From: an uncultured Clostridia bacterium
GTDB lineage: Bacteria; Bacillota; Clostridia; Christensenellales; UBA1242
Direction of reading: 5' to 3'
DNA: 64,000 bases
NCBI GenBank assembly: GCA_948434855.1
Contig: CAOJFR010000003.1
Location: forward strand, 977 to 64,976
Part shown: in pieces, positions 16,611 to 26,694 of the stretch
How positions within the stretch are numbered: the first letter of the stretch is position 1
Layout: each line of letters starts with the position of its first letter
Translations under genes and position numbers: made by a program
The notes under the pieces: model-generated
Seen by the model: only the letters and a program-made list of their open reading frames with translations
Told to the model about the DNA's origin: nothing
The model's database searches: none

Positions 16611-18566
16611 TTAATCATCGTCACCAGAAAGCACAATGCTGTTACGTTTTCTAATATCATAAAAAACATCGCTTTCTTTAAATGTTCTTCCAGGAATAAA
16701 CTCTGGTGGAACACTTCCGATTTTGTAAAGATTTGGTGTTTTAAAGTAAGGTGTAACAATAGATTTGCAAGGATATTGCTGGAAGTTGTTAGTAATATTT
16801 TGTCCCAGCGGAATTTTGTCGAGTTCTGAAGGATATATAAGTGGAACCTGTTGAAGAGAAGTTGAGGTTGAAGTTGAACCAGGGTCTTTTCCCTTGGCTT
16901 CACTCTTGCTGCGGCTGTCAACTTCAATAGTGTGCTGACCAAGCTCCTTTGAAAATTCTTCACGAGTTTTAAGGTCAGGGGTGCCATAAAATAGGGTAGA
17001 ACGGCACTGACCACGCACAATTTCAGCAACTTCTTTGCCATAAACATCATCAAGCTGCGAATATGACTGAATTGCCATATTAAGGAAAATCCAACGAGAT
17101 CTTGCAACGGTAATAATTCTGTTTAAGCCCTCAATTTTAGGCATATTGGCAAACTCATCCAAAATATAAAATAATGGGCGTTTAAGGTGAGCCATCTTGT
17201 CGTCAGTCACAGACTCATTTTCACGAGCTTTTTGAACAAATTCCTTATAAGCCTGAGAAATACATACACTGGCAAGTTTATATCTAGTTGCTCTTTCGTC
17301 AGGAATTTTAATAAAGAAAGCAGTTGGTCTGTCGTCAAACTCAGTAAACTTAATATCATTAGAAGAAGTTAAAAAACAGATGCCGTTATCTGAAAAAATT
17401 GATAGGTTTGTTGTAAGTGAAGACATATAGCCGTCACGAGTAACCTGAGCTTTTGTCTGAGTGATGTTTGTTGAAAGTTCTCTAGACTTAGAGAGTGGGT
17501 CACGACCACTAAAATAGTCTTTAACAACTTCATATTCGTCGTCTTTGTTCATGGCAATTTTATAGGCGTTAAAGAAGCAATATTTTTCCTTTGTCATGCC
17601 AAGAGCTTCGTTTTCGCTGTCTTCAAGCATAGCAATAAGACAAGCCTGAAAATAGTCTCTTGCACCGTCTGTCCATTGTTTGTTTTTTGGGTCTGGGTCA
17701 GATGGAACAATAGCACTTGCAATATCATTAAGGCTTTCCATACAGTCGTCTTTAATTTTTTGTTTTTCAACATCAACTTCAACAAGGGTTTCACGAAGAG
17801 TCTGAAAAGCTTTGCCCATAAATTCATACCATTCGTTACTTTTAATGTCGCCAGATTTTAGTAAATTAGGATAATTTTTTATTGGGTCATTAGTGTGTTT
17901 TAAAATTTCCTCTTCAAGATGAAGTCTTTTTTGCCATTGAAGGTAAATATTTTCAAGAGGGTTCCATCTCTTGCTTGCATAAGGCTGAGTAAGGTCAAGT
18001 TGAAGCACGGTATAGCCTTGGTTTTTCATTTTAAGAGAGTGGTGTGAATAAATTTCACCTTTAGGGTCAGTAATAAAAAGAGAAGGCTTGTTTTTAAGTT
18101 CTGTCAAAATCTGCATAGTAGGTTCAACCCAGCAGGCAGTTTTACCAGTTCCAGATGCACCCACAATGAGAACGTGGCAGGCAGGAGTAAAGTGAATGTT
18201 TAAATTCCCGTGCTTATATTCAAACCTAAAAGGAACACCAGTAATGTTTTGATACTTTAGTTCAGTAAACTTGCAGTGCTTAAAGTTTTTATCAAGTTCT
18301 TTAAGGGTTGCAAAGTGTTGGTTTTCCATAGAGCTTTTGCCTTTAAGTTTAAGATCCTTGTCTTTGCCCTTAGAAAGTATAACAAAAAGTCCCATCATCA
18401 AAAATGCGATGAGTGCAATAGAAAGGGTGTTTGCAGAGGTTAAAGAAAACCCACCCTTAAAAATATAGAAATTGGCAAGCACGCCAAGCACGATAGATAA
18501 AACAAAAATAAAAGCAAAAATTATTAGATAAGTCACAAGCTTAGACTTTTTATCACTACTAGACAT
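16611..18566 (-). CDS. virD4: Type IV coupling protein (VirD4/TraG family ATPase)
   Basis: Two N-terminal TM helices, Walker A LIVGASGTGKT, FITDPKGEIY, Walker B-like YILDEFANMP, and the block NMAIQSYSQLDDVYG...RGQC typical of T4CPs. RBS AGGAGA. Confidence 0.85.
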   Translation of the reverse strand: MSSSDKKSKLVTYLIIFAFIFVLSIVLGVLANFYIFKGGFSLTSANTLSIALIAFLMMGLFVILSKGKDKDLKLKGKSSMENQHFATLKELDKNFKHCKFTELKYQNITGVPFRFEYKHGNLNIHFTPACHVLIVGASGTGKTACWVEPTMQILTELKNKPSLFITDPKGEIYSHHSLKMKNQGYTVLQLDLTQPYASKRWNPLENIYLQWQKRLHLEEEILKHTNDPIKNYPNLLKSGDIKSNEWYEFMGKAFQTLRETLVEVDVEKQKIKDDCMESLNDIASAIVPSDPDPKNKQWTDGARDYFQACLIAMLEDSENEALGMTKEKYCFFNAYKIAMNKDDEYEVVKDYFSGRDPLSKSRELSTNITQTKAQVTRDGYMSSLTTNLSIFSDNGICFLTSSNDIKFTEFDDRPTAFFIKIPDERATRYKLASVCISQAYKEFVQKARENESVTDDKMAHLKRPLFYILDEFANMPKIEGLNRIITVARSRWIFLNMAIQSYSQLDDVYGKEVAEIVRGQCRSTLFYGTPDLKTREEFSKELGQHTIEVDSRSKSEAKGKDPGSTSTSTSLQQVPLIYPSELDKIPLGQNITNNFQQYPCKSIVTPYFKTPNLYKIGSVPPEFIPGRTFKESDVFYDIRKRNSIVLSGDDD

Positions 18567-18685
18567 AAGGTTCTCCTAATAATAAATAATATATCAATTA
18601 TGAGTATATCATAATAAATAATTTAATTGCAAATAAAAAAGAATTAATAAAAATAAAAATAAATAAAATTATTTCAAAAAAATTG

Positions 18686-18714
18686 TTGCTATAAAAATTT
18701 AGTTTTGCTAAAAT
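18686..18714 (+). promoter_or_regulatory. Candidate promoter for the pilin-like genes
   Basis: TTGCTA (18686-18691), 17 nt, TAAAAT (18709-18714), in the very AT-rich 172-bp divergent spacer. Pattern match only. Confidence 0.3.
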
Positions 18715-18738
18715 AAAAGAGTAAAGGACGAAAAAATC

Positions 18739-19038
18739 ATGTTAATAAATAGCATTTTATCGTTAATATCGGCAGGTTCTGGTGATGGGGTATTAAATCC
18801 AATCTATGGGGGTTTGTCAACTGTTGGTCCATATGCACTTGGCATTGTAGTTACGCTAAGTTTGTTTTATGGTGTTTTTCTTGGTGTAAAATATGCAAAG
18901 GCCAAGGATGAAACTGAAAAAGCAGGTGCACAAAAAACATTAATCAACTTCATTATTGGTGCGGGTATTGTCATAGTGCTCATTTCCGTGCTCTATGCAA
19001 TCAGAGGGCCACTTGCCGCAATTATTGATGGAAGATAG
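18739..19038 (+). CDS. Small two-helix membrane protein; candidate T4SS pilin (TrbC/VirB2-like), paralog a
   Basis: 99 aa with two hydrophobic helices joined by the charged loop KYAKAKDETEKAGAQK. It is paralogous to the next gene and lies next to virD4. Confidence 0.55.
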   Translation: MLINSILSLISAGSGDGVLNPIYGGLSTVGPYALGIVVTLSLFYGVFLGVKYAKAKDETEKAGAQKTLINFIIGAGIVIVLISVLYAIRGPLAAIIDGR

Positions 19039-19165
19039 GCAATAATAGCTGCATAAAAGCATAAATATTAGCAAAAATATAAAATAATAGCAAAAATTAT
19101 TTGCGAAAAAAAAATCACTATGTTATTATTGAATTAGTTAATTAAAATTTAAAAAGGAGAAGGAT

Positions 19166-19552
19166 ATGCAAAATATTTTAAGTTTACTTGCTGCTGGAGG
19201 CTCAACAACAAACACTGAAATTGGCAATGCGGCAGAACAGGCATTTAAAACATTTAAAGGAATTATTAACACAATTTTCCCAATTTTTATTGGTGTAATC
19301 TTAGTTGTTGGATTGTTTTATGGAGTTCAACTTGGCATAAAATATGCAAAAGCTGAAGAAGAGGAAGAAAAGAAGAAGGCAAAAAATCAATTAATCAACG
19401 TTATTGTTGGTTGTTTAATTGCAGTTGTGTTCGTTGCAATTATTGAAATACTTCTACAACAAAACTTTGTTAAAAAGCTTTTCAGCAATGTTGCTCCAGA
19501 TGGCGCTGAAGAGGGTGCAGCATTCATTGGTTTGCTTAGAAATATGCATTAA
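19166..19552 (+). CDS. Small two-helix membrane protein; candidate T4SS pilin (TrbC/VirB2-like), paralog b
   Basis: 128 aa. The core LFYGVQLGIKYAKAEEEEEKKKAKNQLINVIVG aligns with LFYGVFLGVKYAKAKDETEKAGAQKTLINFIIG of paralog a. Strong RBS AAGGAGAAGG. Confidence 0.55.
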   Translation: MQNILSLLAAGGSTTNTEIGNAAEQAFKTFKGIINTIFPIFIGVILVVGLFYGVQLGIKYAKAEEEEEKKKAKNQLINVIVGCLIAVVFVAIIEILLQQNFVKKLFSNVAPDGAEEGAAFIGLLRNMH

Positions 19553-19573
19553 TTTTAAGTGATTTAAATCATT

Positions 19574-19604
19574 AAACACACGCTATTTTTGCGTGTGTTT
19601 TTTA
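19574..19604 (+). terminator. Strong rho-independent terminator after the pilin-like gene pair
   Basis: 10-bp perfect stem AAACACACGC / GCGTGTGTTT with a 7-nt loop, then TTT. A second weaker hairpin, AAATACCC...GGGTATTT plus a T-run, lies at ~19630-19670. Confidence 0.85.
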
Positions 19605-19678
19605 TGATTTTTTAATAATTTTTTATGAAAAATACCCTTAAATTTTTTCAATTTTTCGGGTATTTTTTTTGTATTTAT

Positions 19679-19708
19679 TTGTCTTATTATAAATATATAT
19701 GTTATAAT
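19679..19708 (+). promoter_or_regulatory. Candidate promoter for the giant-gene operon
   Basis: TTGTCT (19679-19684), 18 nt, TATAAT (19703-19708). Pattern match only. Confidence 0.3.
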
Positions 19709-19818
19709 ATATTTGTTATATATATACGGAGTTAAAGTTTGACTAAAATTTTAAATTTTTATAGTTTATTTTATGATTTTTGCAAACACTATTTTTAGCC
19801 AAACTCATGGGGGAAATT

Positions 19819-22800
19819 ATGAAATTCAAATTTCTAACATCACTAATTAGCGCAACGGGTCAAGGGATTGATCCATCATACACCAGAGATGTGTTTATGA
19901 ACAGTTGGGCTAGTCTTGGTGCACTTTTTGGTGTATTATGGAATTTTATTTGTGAAGGGTTTTACATGATTGTGAAATGGCTTTTAGCCTTCACAGATTT
20001 TTTGCAATATTTCATTCAAAAACTCATTGGGTTAGATTATTGGCTAAACAATAATGTTTATTCAATAGAGGGTGCAACCAAAAGTGACTTATTATTTTCA
20101 TTTCTTTATAACGACACCGTTCAAAAAGTTTTCAATACAATGCTTGCAGTTTTTGCAGTGCTTCTCATAATTTTCACAGTATATGCAATAATCAGGTCTG
20201 AGTGGCAATATGTTACTGGTAAAAATTTTGGTGATGGAACAAACTCAAAGGCACAAATCATCACAAACTCAATAAAAGCAATTGCAATGGTTCTTGTTTT
20301 CCCATTGGCACTCACTCTAGGAATAATCTCATCAAATGCAATACTTGCCTCAATAGTCAAGGCGCTAAACATTGACATGGCGTCTACCTTTGGCGGAACA
20401 CTATTTTTAATAGGAAGCAAAAACGCCAATAAATACAGAATATACGCCAAATCGGGGCAGAGGGCTGCAATTTCAGACCAAATAAGTTTTTATGTTAAAG
20501 ATGGCGTAGTCATAAGGTTTGGACCAACAGATTATAACGATGGCTATGTTCATCAAATTTCAGACTACGGAAGATTCTTAGCAGAGCTTAGAAGTGGAAA
20601 TGGTGCAACGCTATACAAAGTTAACACAATGTTTGATTCAATAGACATTGATGATGGCAATTTTTCAGGCTATTGTGTTGGTATGGATATTGGAGATAGC
20701 AGACAATACTACATGGTAAGATGTGGAAGCTCTAATGAAGAGAAAAAGGGAATGTATTATTATCTTAAAAACATTCTCAGAGTAGACATTATGGGCGACG
20801 ATGAAGTTGGCGATGCAGGAAATAGAACAATTTACAATGAAATTGGCAGAGGCAGCTTTGGAAATAGCGTTGGAATGAAAGGCTTCATAAACAACAAATA
20901 TTTTGGCAGTTCAAGTTGTGAGCAGTTGTGGTATGCATTCTGGAATACTTGGGGATATTCTTCAATTTACGATTCAAGATATGATTTTGAAACCAGCTTA
21001 AATTATTCTGTGCTCTCTAGTGCAAATGATGATAACGCAATTTTAGGTCAAAATATTTCACTGCTTAGCTATATGGGCTTAGGAAATTCATTTTCAACAG
21101 TCAAAATGCTATACAATTCAAATCTAATTTCATCATATTTTGATGGTGGACAATTCAATTTAGTTCAACTTCAAAATGAATATAATGTTATGGCAGATGT
21201 TGTAGACTTTATGAATAACAATGGCGTAACACTTTATATGCTAGATATGACTTCAGACATGATTGACTGGAAATATGGCGATTATACCGTTGATAGCAAA
21301 TGGATTTCTTTAGAAAATGATTCTAATAAATTGCATATTCTTCCATCAGGTCCAGTATCAAACGCTGAGGATAGTGCAGATCATCCATTAACAAACACAC
21401 CGCTTGCAAACTCAACAGCATTTGTTGTTGCATATTCCGATATGGCAAATGATATAGAGTCAGGAAACATTCTATACACTGCAAAGGCAGGGGTTTCAAA
21501 TGAGCTTAAGGGTTCAAAATTCATTATGTGTTATAAGGTGGTAGACAAAAATGGAACTTCAACAAGATATGTTCCGCTTGTTAACCGTAAAGAGTTTAAA
21601 GATCCAGTAACTGGAAACACATATACTTTCTCATCAGACTATTATGCTTCAAACTATAGGGGAGTAGTTCTAGCAAAAGGCGTTTTTGCAAACAAAAATT
21701 TATTTGGAAAATCAGGCAATGTTGATGGCTTAAATGGTTCACCAACCTACATCACTGCTGGTTCAGAAATGCAAGATGGCACATCAATAGATGCAACAAA
21801 GCCATATTATTATCACATGGATGTCAGCGGAACTGTATCTCAATATGCTGGTTATGCAGACACTAAAAAAGAGTATGTTTCAACTTATCTTGCAAGCTTA
21901 GGTGGTTTAGTGTTAGATTCAACAGAAGATGCTGATCTTGCAGATCTTGTTATAAGAAACAACGGCTCAAACGAAATTTTCCCAGATAAAGGTTTCAACT
22001 TTAGCAATCTTGAAGAAAATGATCCAAATTTAAATTCAACAAACTCTTTCGCAATTCAAAGACGACTAGAATCTGGTGCTTATGAAAATGTTGAACTCAC
22101 CAAAGATTTGCTGAAAAATTTAAATATAGAGGTAAATTACTTTACAAATGGCGACGCAAATAACACAGCAAAAGCGACAGCAGAGTTTTCTGGAGTGGTT
22201 TCAGGACAATCATTAGAGTTTGAATTTTTAGTAAATGGAAGCAAAAATTATTTCTATATTGGATATTCTGGTTCAGAGTTTTATATAATGACTTTTGATA
22301 AATCAAGTCAAACTTATATAAAATATGACAATGTGGATGAAAATACAGGAATATTAACAAATTTTGCAACGCTAGATAGTTCAATAATAAATGGAGAAGT
22401 TCCAGGTGATGAAAGACTTGGAGTTGACGGAAATAGCCTAGAGATTAGGGAAGGAATTTCAGTTGACACAGCTGTATATCCAAGTTATAGCGTTGTAAAT
22501 GACACAGCTGAAGATGGAAAAATTCTAGTAAATAGGTTTAAAATTTCAGGAGCTGATGTGTTAACTTCTGAGGTTATTCAAACCTTAGTAATTCCATTAG
22601 AGTATAAAATAACCGGAATTGGTTCAGTTTTCTGCTCAGCAACCTATGCTGGACAATCAGTAACAATAAATGATGGAACAGAAAATATAACTTATTCATT
22701 ATTTTCGTTTGTTTATGGTGGAGCAAACTATTATCTCACCGTAAAAAACACAACACAAACATTCTCAATATGTTCATATTCATCTGAAGACGGCAATTTT

Positions 22801-25800
22801 GTGGCTAATGAAACAACCAAAAGTGTAGTTGCAAAAACCAGAAGATATAAACTTATGTATGACTATGTTTCACAATTAAACAATTCTGTGTTCAATCAAA
22901 CCATTGCAACCCTAACACCAGCAGACTTTAAGTTTGAAGACAATGTTAGTGGAAACAGCAATCTTCACCTATTTTCAACTTCAGAAAAGCAGATTGTAAT
23001 GGGTGGAAAATATCAATATGTAAATATTTATTTTGACACAAAGGGAACAGGCAGGCTTGTAACTGTAAATTCAGAAAACAACATTGTGTTTGCAGAACCA
23101 GTGTTAAAGAGTGATGAAAACACAAATTATATTTATCATTCAGATGAATATACATTCAGCTTATATAATTATTACACGGCAGAAACTGGAGATCCAAAAG
23201 TTGTTGAAACCTTTGCAGAAAACATAACAAAAGATAATCAATATGAAAGTGGTTTCCAAATTGATAAAATTAAAATCAATTCAAATTGTTGGTATTTAAA
23301 TTTCCTTTGGAGCAACTGGGATCTTTTCCCAAATGACGGAATTTATAAAGCACAAAGTTCATTATTAAATTCATTCTCTCCAGCTTATAATCAGTTAAAC
23401 AAAAAGGCTTTTGATGAAAAGGTTGATGGTTTTTCAATCACTTTAAATCTAACAAAAGATAATGCGCAATATACAGTAACAGCAACAAATACAGGAATGA
23501 TGGATAGTCATGGTCAGAACAGAATTTATTGCTTTAACTTAGATGGCAAAGATTATTATTTAACCATGCAAATTCATGAAGATGCTTCAGTATCAGTTTT
23601 GGATGCAAATGGCAACAAAATTCAAAATAAATCGCAAAATGCAACATTCATGATTGCACCAACTTATAAGCTTAAAGTTGAAGATAAAGAAATAAATTTT
23701 AATGCTTCAGACTTTGGAAAACCATTCATTCAAAATAATGAAATTATGGTTGAAACTCTTGAAAGTGTAAGTGCTGGCAGTTTAGGAACAAGAACTCTTT
23801 TCATGAAACTTAAAGGTGGAAGTTTAATTTCTTATCAAGAGTCAACAAATGGCAATCCAACAATAATAGCAACTGAAATTGCTGAAAAAAGCACAAAGCT
23901 TGTTGGATTAGGCTTAAAAGAATTTGATCCAACCAAACCAACAGTAGATGGCTTAAAGGGAACCAAGCCAAGCAATGAAGATGGTTGGCAGTTCACAATT
24001 TGGGTTAGCCCAGAGTTTTCATGGAATACTCAAAGCAACTCATATGGTCTTTATAATGGTCGCAACTATGTTGCAACAATATATAAAAATTTAGGGACTG
24101 AGGTTTCTTCAGCTTCAGAAATTGCAAGCAAATCAATCCGCATTCTATATGATGGAAACACATATTACAACATTTCAACACAAAACAAATATGATGGCGA
24201 TGCAGCAATGGTTGCATATTACAACAAAATAAAGGGCTCATTTATAACCAGCTTCCATAGAACAAGTTCAGTTGTAGAAACATTCAGGTCACCAAGTTTT
24301 GCAATATTGCCATTATTAAAATTCAGAATACACTTTGGATTTGGAACCTATTCTATGTCCAGAGATTATGAAATAGGAAATAGCTTCAAGTTGTCTGATG
24401 GCATTCAGTTTGACTATTTCTTTGAAAATGATGATGTAAAACTTTCAACATTCTATGTTCAGTCAAAAATCAGCTATTGGATATTAGTTATAGCATCAGT
24501 GCTAATAATCAAAACATTAATGACGGCACTATGGGGAATTATAAAGAGATTCTATGAAATCACGCTATATTTCCTTGCAATGCCAGCGGTTGCGTCAACA
24601 ATTCCGTTAGACGAGGGCAATAAGTTTAAGAGCGGAATACAAGAGCCTCTCATTAAAAAGGTGCTCAGCACCTATGGTGTAATACTGGGCATAAATGTGT
24701 TCTTCATATTGCTTGCTCCAGTAAGGTCATTATCACAGGTGTTCACAGAGCAAGACATAGCCGAGTCTGGCACATATTTCCTTAAATATCTGCCAATAAC
24801 CGCAGGAATGTTAAATGACTATGTATATATTTTGTTTGTGCTTGTTGCATTCACAATGATAGAGACACTCCCAGGTGTAATTTCAGGGCTTGTTGGTGGT
24901 GATGATGTTCATGCAAAGGGCAAAGAAACCAGAAAGCAAGTTGGAGAAAGTGTGTCATCTGCAGCAAATTTTGTTTCAGGAAAAGATGCGGTTGAAGGCG
25001 TAAAAAAGCTTGGCTCAACAGCTTCAAACTTCATTCCAGGCAAAAACTTATTAACGGCACCTGCAAGGTGGGTAGGAACTAAGGTAGATCGTGGATTAGA
25101 GGCAATTGGACGTGGTTTTGGTGAAGGCTATAGAAACAAACAAGAATCACCAACCAGTTCAGATGGTTCAAAATCAGATAAAGGTGATGCAGGCAGCGGT
25201 GGCGGCGGAAGTGGTGCAGCAAGAGCCAATAACGATCTAGAAGCAGAAAATTCAGAAACAACATCAGCAGAATCAAGTGGTGCTAGTGGTGGTGGTTCAG
25301 AAGCTGGCGAATTTGCAAAAGATGTTGCAGAATTTTCAGGTGAAAATGTTCCAACATCGTCAGTTCCAGCTAAACGAAGCTTAGGAAATAGCTATGCCAA
25401 CAGAATAAAAAATGGTGGATTAGATCTTGCTTACAGATTCAAAAAAGCAGGACTTAGTGCATTAGATATTGTTGGACTTAAGGGTGCATTTAGCAGAGTA
25501 AGAGAAGATGGAACAAAGAGAAATCTTGCATCACACATTTTGGGTATGCCACTCAGAATGGTTGGAGGAGTTCTAAAGAATGTTGTAAATCCTGGTGAAA
25601 CAATCAAAAAAATTGGCACACTTGCGAAGAATACAGCTGGTATTGCTGCTGGACTAGATTTTATGCATATAGCAGCAGGATATAGCAAAGAAACACTAGA
25701 AAATTTAGCACTTCAGGGCGAAAATGTTCCAGAAAGTTTCTTGGTAATGGGCGGAAAGGCTGCCGGAAGAAAAGTTTCAGCTGGTGTTCATGCAATAGGC

Positions 25801-26691
25801 AAAGGCATAGATGGTCAAGTTAAACGCTACAGAAAGTGGTCAGACAACCGTAAGGCAGCAAAAGCCATTGCACACGATATTAAGCATTCAGTAAGTTATA
25901 GGGAAGAAAATAGACACAACGCTGCTGTTTCTGATGAAGAATATGCAGCAACAATCTATAACATGAGACACAAAGGTGAAGGCTTTGACAAACTTTCAGC
26001 CAAGAAGAAACAAAAGTTAATCAACAAGGCTATTGCAGAGAGAACATTGTCAGACAATTCGCTTCTAAGTGGTGCTTCAAAGAGAGATACCAACAGAATC
26101 TTAGCAAACACTGCAAGAAATATAATGGCATCAGGTTCAAATGGACCACTTGCACAAGCACTCAGAAAACTCAATGTAACAGACACATCTGGTTTAGCGA
26201 GTGCAATTCGTTCAAACAAGAGCTTGCTTTCAGCAATTTCAAGCATTGCTTCAAAAAACGGTAAGTTTGCACTTTCACCAAAACAGATGAAAGATGAAAA
26301 ATTGCTCAGACATCTTCAACGTCAAATGAAAGGTGATGTAAAGGCAATGGTAGACAAGATGTTCAGAGATCAATTCAAGAACAATTCAAGTCTCAAAACT
26401 GCAACAAGAAATCAATTGTTATATTTCTTAAGATATAATTCAGAGGCAAGAAACATAATTTGCTCATCGTTAGCAAATAGCAATTATAAACCAAAGGTTC
26501 CAAAGAGTGAAATTGAAAAAGTTGTAGACAAAAAGATTTCAAAAATGAAAATTAAAGAGCAAAAAGCTAATATGTTTAAAGGCGCAATGAATGGTGCTGG
26601 AAAAATTAGTGAAAGAGATATGCAAGCAATTATAGACAAAACTTGCAAAGAAGTTTTGAAAAAACTAGAAGGCCAAAAACAAGGGGGCTAA
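19819..26691 (+). CDS. Giant membrane protein P1 (2290 aa), one of three paralogs; candidate VirB6/TrbL-like channel/surface component with a ~600-aa basic C-terminal tail
   Basis: Start moved to the ATG at 19819 (GGGGGA RBS; the ORF-track start is TTG). The 6.9-kb ORF is open in AT-rich DNA. The N-terminal TM module and the C-terminal polytopic module (24473-24900) align with P2 and P3. The VirB6-like role is inferred from architecture and context only. Confidence 0.8.
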   Translation: MKFKFLTSLISATGQGIDPSYTRDVFMNSWASLGALFGVLWNFICEGFYMIVKWLLAFTDFLQYFIQKLIGLDYWLNNNVYSIEGATKSDLLFSFLYNDTVQKVFNTMLAVFAVLLIIFTVYAIIRSEWQYVTGKNFGDGTNSKAQIITNSIKAIAMVLVFPLALTLGIISSNAILASIVKALNIDMASTFGGTLFLIGSKNANKYRIYAKSGQRAAISDQISFYVKDGVVIRFGPTDYNDGYVHQISDYGRFLAELRSGNGATLYKVNTMFDSIDIDDGNFSGYCVGMDIGDSRQYYMVRCGSSNEEKKGMYYYLKNILRVDIMGDDEVGDAGNRTIYNEIGRGSFGNSVGMKGFINNKYFGSSSCEQLWYAFWNTWGYSSIYDSRYDFETSLNYSVLSSANDDNAILGQNISLLSYMGLGNSFSTVKMLYNSNLISSYFDGGQFNLVQLQNEYNVMADVVDFMNNNGVTLYMLDMTSDMIDWKYGDYTVDSKWISLENDSNKLHILPSGPVSNAEDSADHPLTNTPLANSTAFVVAYSDMANDIESGNILYTAKAGVSNELKGSKFIMCYKVVDKNGTSTRYVPLVNRKEFKDPVTGNTYTFSSDYYASNYRGVVLAKGVFANKNLFGKSGNVDGLNGSPTYITAGSEMQDGTSIDATKPYYYHMDVSGTVSQYAGYADTKKEYVSTYLASLGGLVLDSTEDADLADLVIRNNGSNEIFPDKGFNFSNLEENDPNLNSTNSFAIQRRLESGAYENVELTKDLLKNLNIEVNYFTNGDANNTAKATAEFSGVVSGQSLEFEFLVNGSKNYFYIGYSGSEFYIMTFDKSSQTYIKYDNVDENTGILTNFATLDSSIINGEVPGDERLGVDGNSLEIREGISVDTAVYPSYSVVNDTAEDGKILVNRFKISGADVLTSEVIQTLVIPLEYKITGIGSVFCSATYAGQSVTINDGTENITYSLFSFVYGGANYYLTVKNTTQTFSICSYSSEDGNFVANETTKSVVAKTRRYKLMYDYVSQLNNSVFNQTIATLTPADFKFEDNVSGNSNLHLFSTSEKQIVMGGKYQYVNIYFDTKGTGRLVTVNSENNIVFAEPVLKSDENTNYIYHSDEYTFSLYNYYTAETGDPKVVETFAENITKDNQYESGFQIDKIKINSNCWYLNFLWSNWDLFPNDGIYKAQSSLLNSFSPAYNQLNKKAFDEKVDGFSITLNLTKDNAQYTVTATNTGMMDSHGQNRIYCFNLDGKDYYLTMQIHEDASVSVLDANGNKIQNKSQNATFMIAPTYKLKVEDKEINFNASDFGKPFIQNNEIMVETLESVSAGSLGTRTLFMKLKGGSLISYQESTNGNPTIIATEIAEKSTKLVGLGLKEFDPTKPTVDGLKGTKPSNEDGWQFTIWVSPEFSWNTQSNSYGLYNGRNYVATIYKNLGTEVSSASEIASKSIRILYDGNTYYNISTQNKYDGDAAMVAYYNKIKGSFITSFHRTSSVVETFRSPSFAILPLLKFRIHFGFGTYSMSRDYEIGNSFKLSDGIQFDYFFENDDVKLSTFYVQSKISYWILVIASVLIIKTLMTALWGIIKRFYEITLYFLAMPAVASTIPLDEGNKFKSGIQEPLIKKVLSTYGVILGINVFFILLAPVRSLSQVFTEQDIAESGTYFLKYLPITAGMLNDYVYILFVLVAFTMIETLPGVISGLVGGDDVHAKGKETRKQVGESVSSAANFVSGKDAVEGVKKLGSTASNFIPGKNLLTAPARWVGTKVDRGLEAIGRGFGEGYRNKQESPTSSDGSKSDKGDAGSGGGGSGAARANNDLEAENSETTSAESSGASGGGSEAGEFAKDVAEFSGENVPTSSVPAKRSLGNSYANRIKNGGLDLAYRFKKAGLSALDIVGLKGAFSRVREDGTKRNLASHILGMPLRMVGGVLKNVVNPGETIKKIGTLAKNTAGIAAGLDFMHIAAGYSKETLENLALQGENVPESFLVMGGKAAGRKVSAGVHAIGKGIDGQVKRYRKWSDNRKAAKAIAHDIKHSVSYREENRHNAAVSDEEYAATIYNMRHKGEGFDKLSAKKKQKLINKAIAERTLSDNSLLSGASKRDTNRILANTARNIMASGSNGPLAQALRKLNVTDTSGLASAIRSNKSLLSAISSIASKNGKFALSPKQMKDEKLLRHLQRQMKGDVKAMVDKMFRDQFKNNSSLKTATRNQLLYFLRYNSEARNIICSSLANSNYKPKVPKSEIEKVVDKKISKMKIKEQKANMFKGAMNGAGKISERDMQAIIDKTCKEVLKKLEGQKQGG

Positions 26692-26694
26692 TAA

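Noticed and set aside
16580-17107. 175-aa minus-strand ORF overlapping virD4 in another frame
   Set aside because: It lies inside a gene with clear T4CP motifs in the other frame. It has no independent RBS and its composition is that of an out-of-frame translation.
19780-19818. ORF-track 5' extensions: P1 (TTG at 19780), virB4 (29864), tig (48863), clpX (50883), murD (60428), rsmH (54438), PBP (56129) and the M28-like gene (11501)
   Set aside because: Each has a downstream ATG preceded by a good Shine-Dalgarno sequence, and that start gives the canonical N-terminus or length for the family. The extensions overlap upstream genes or terminators.
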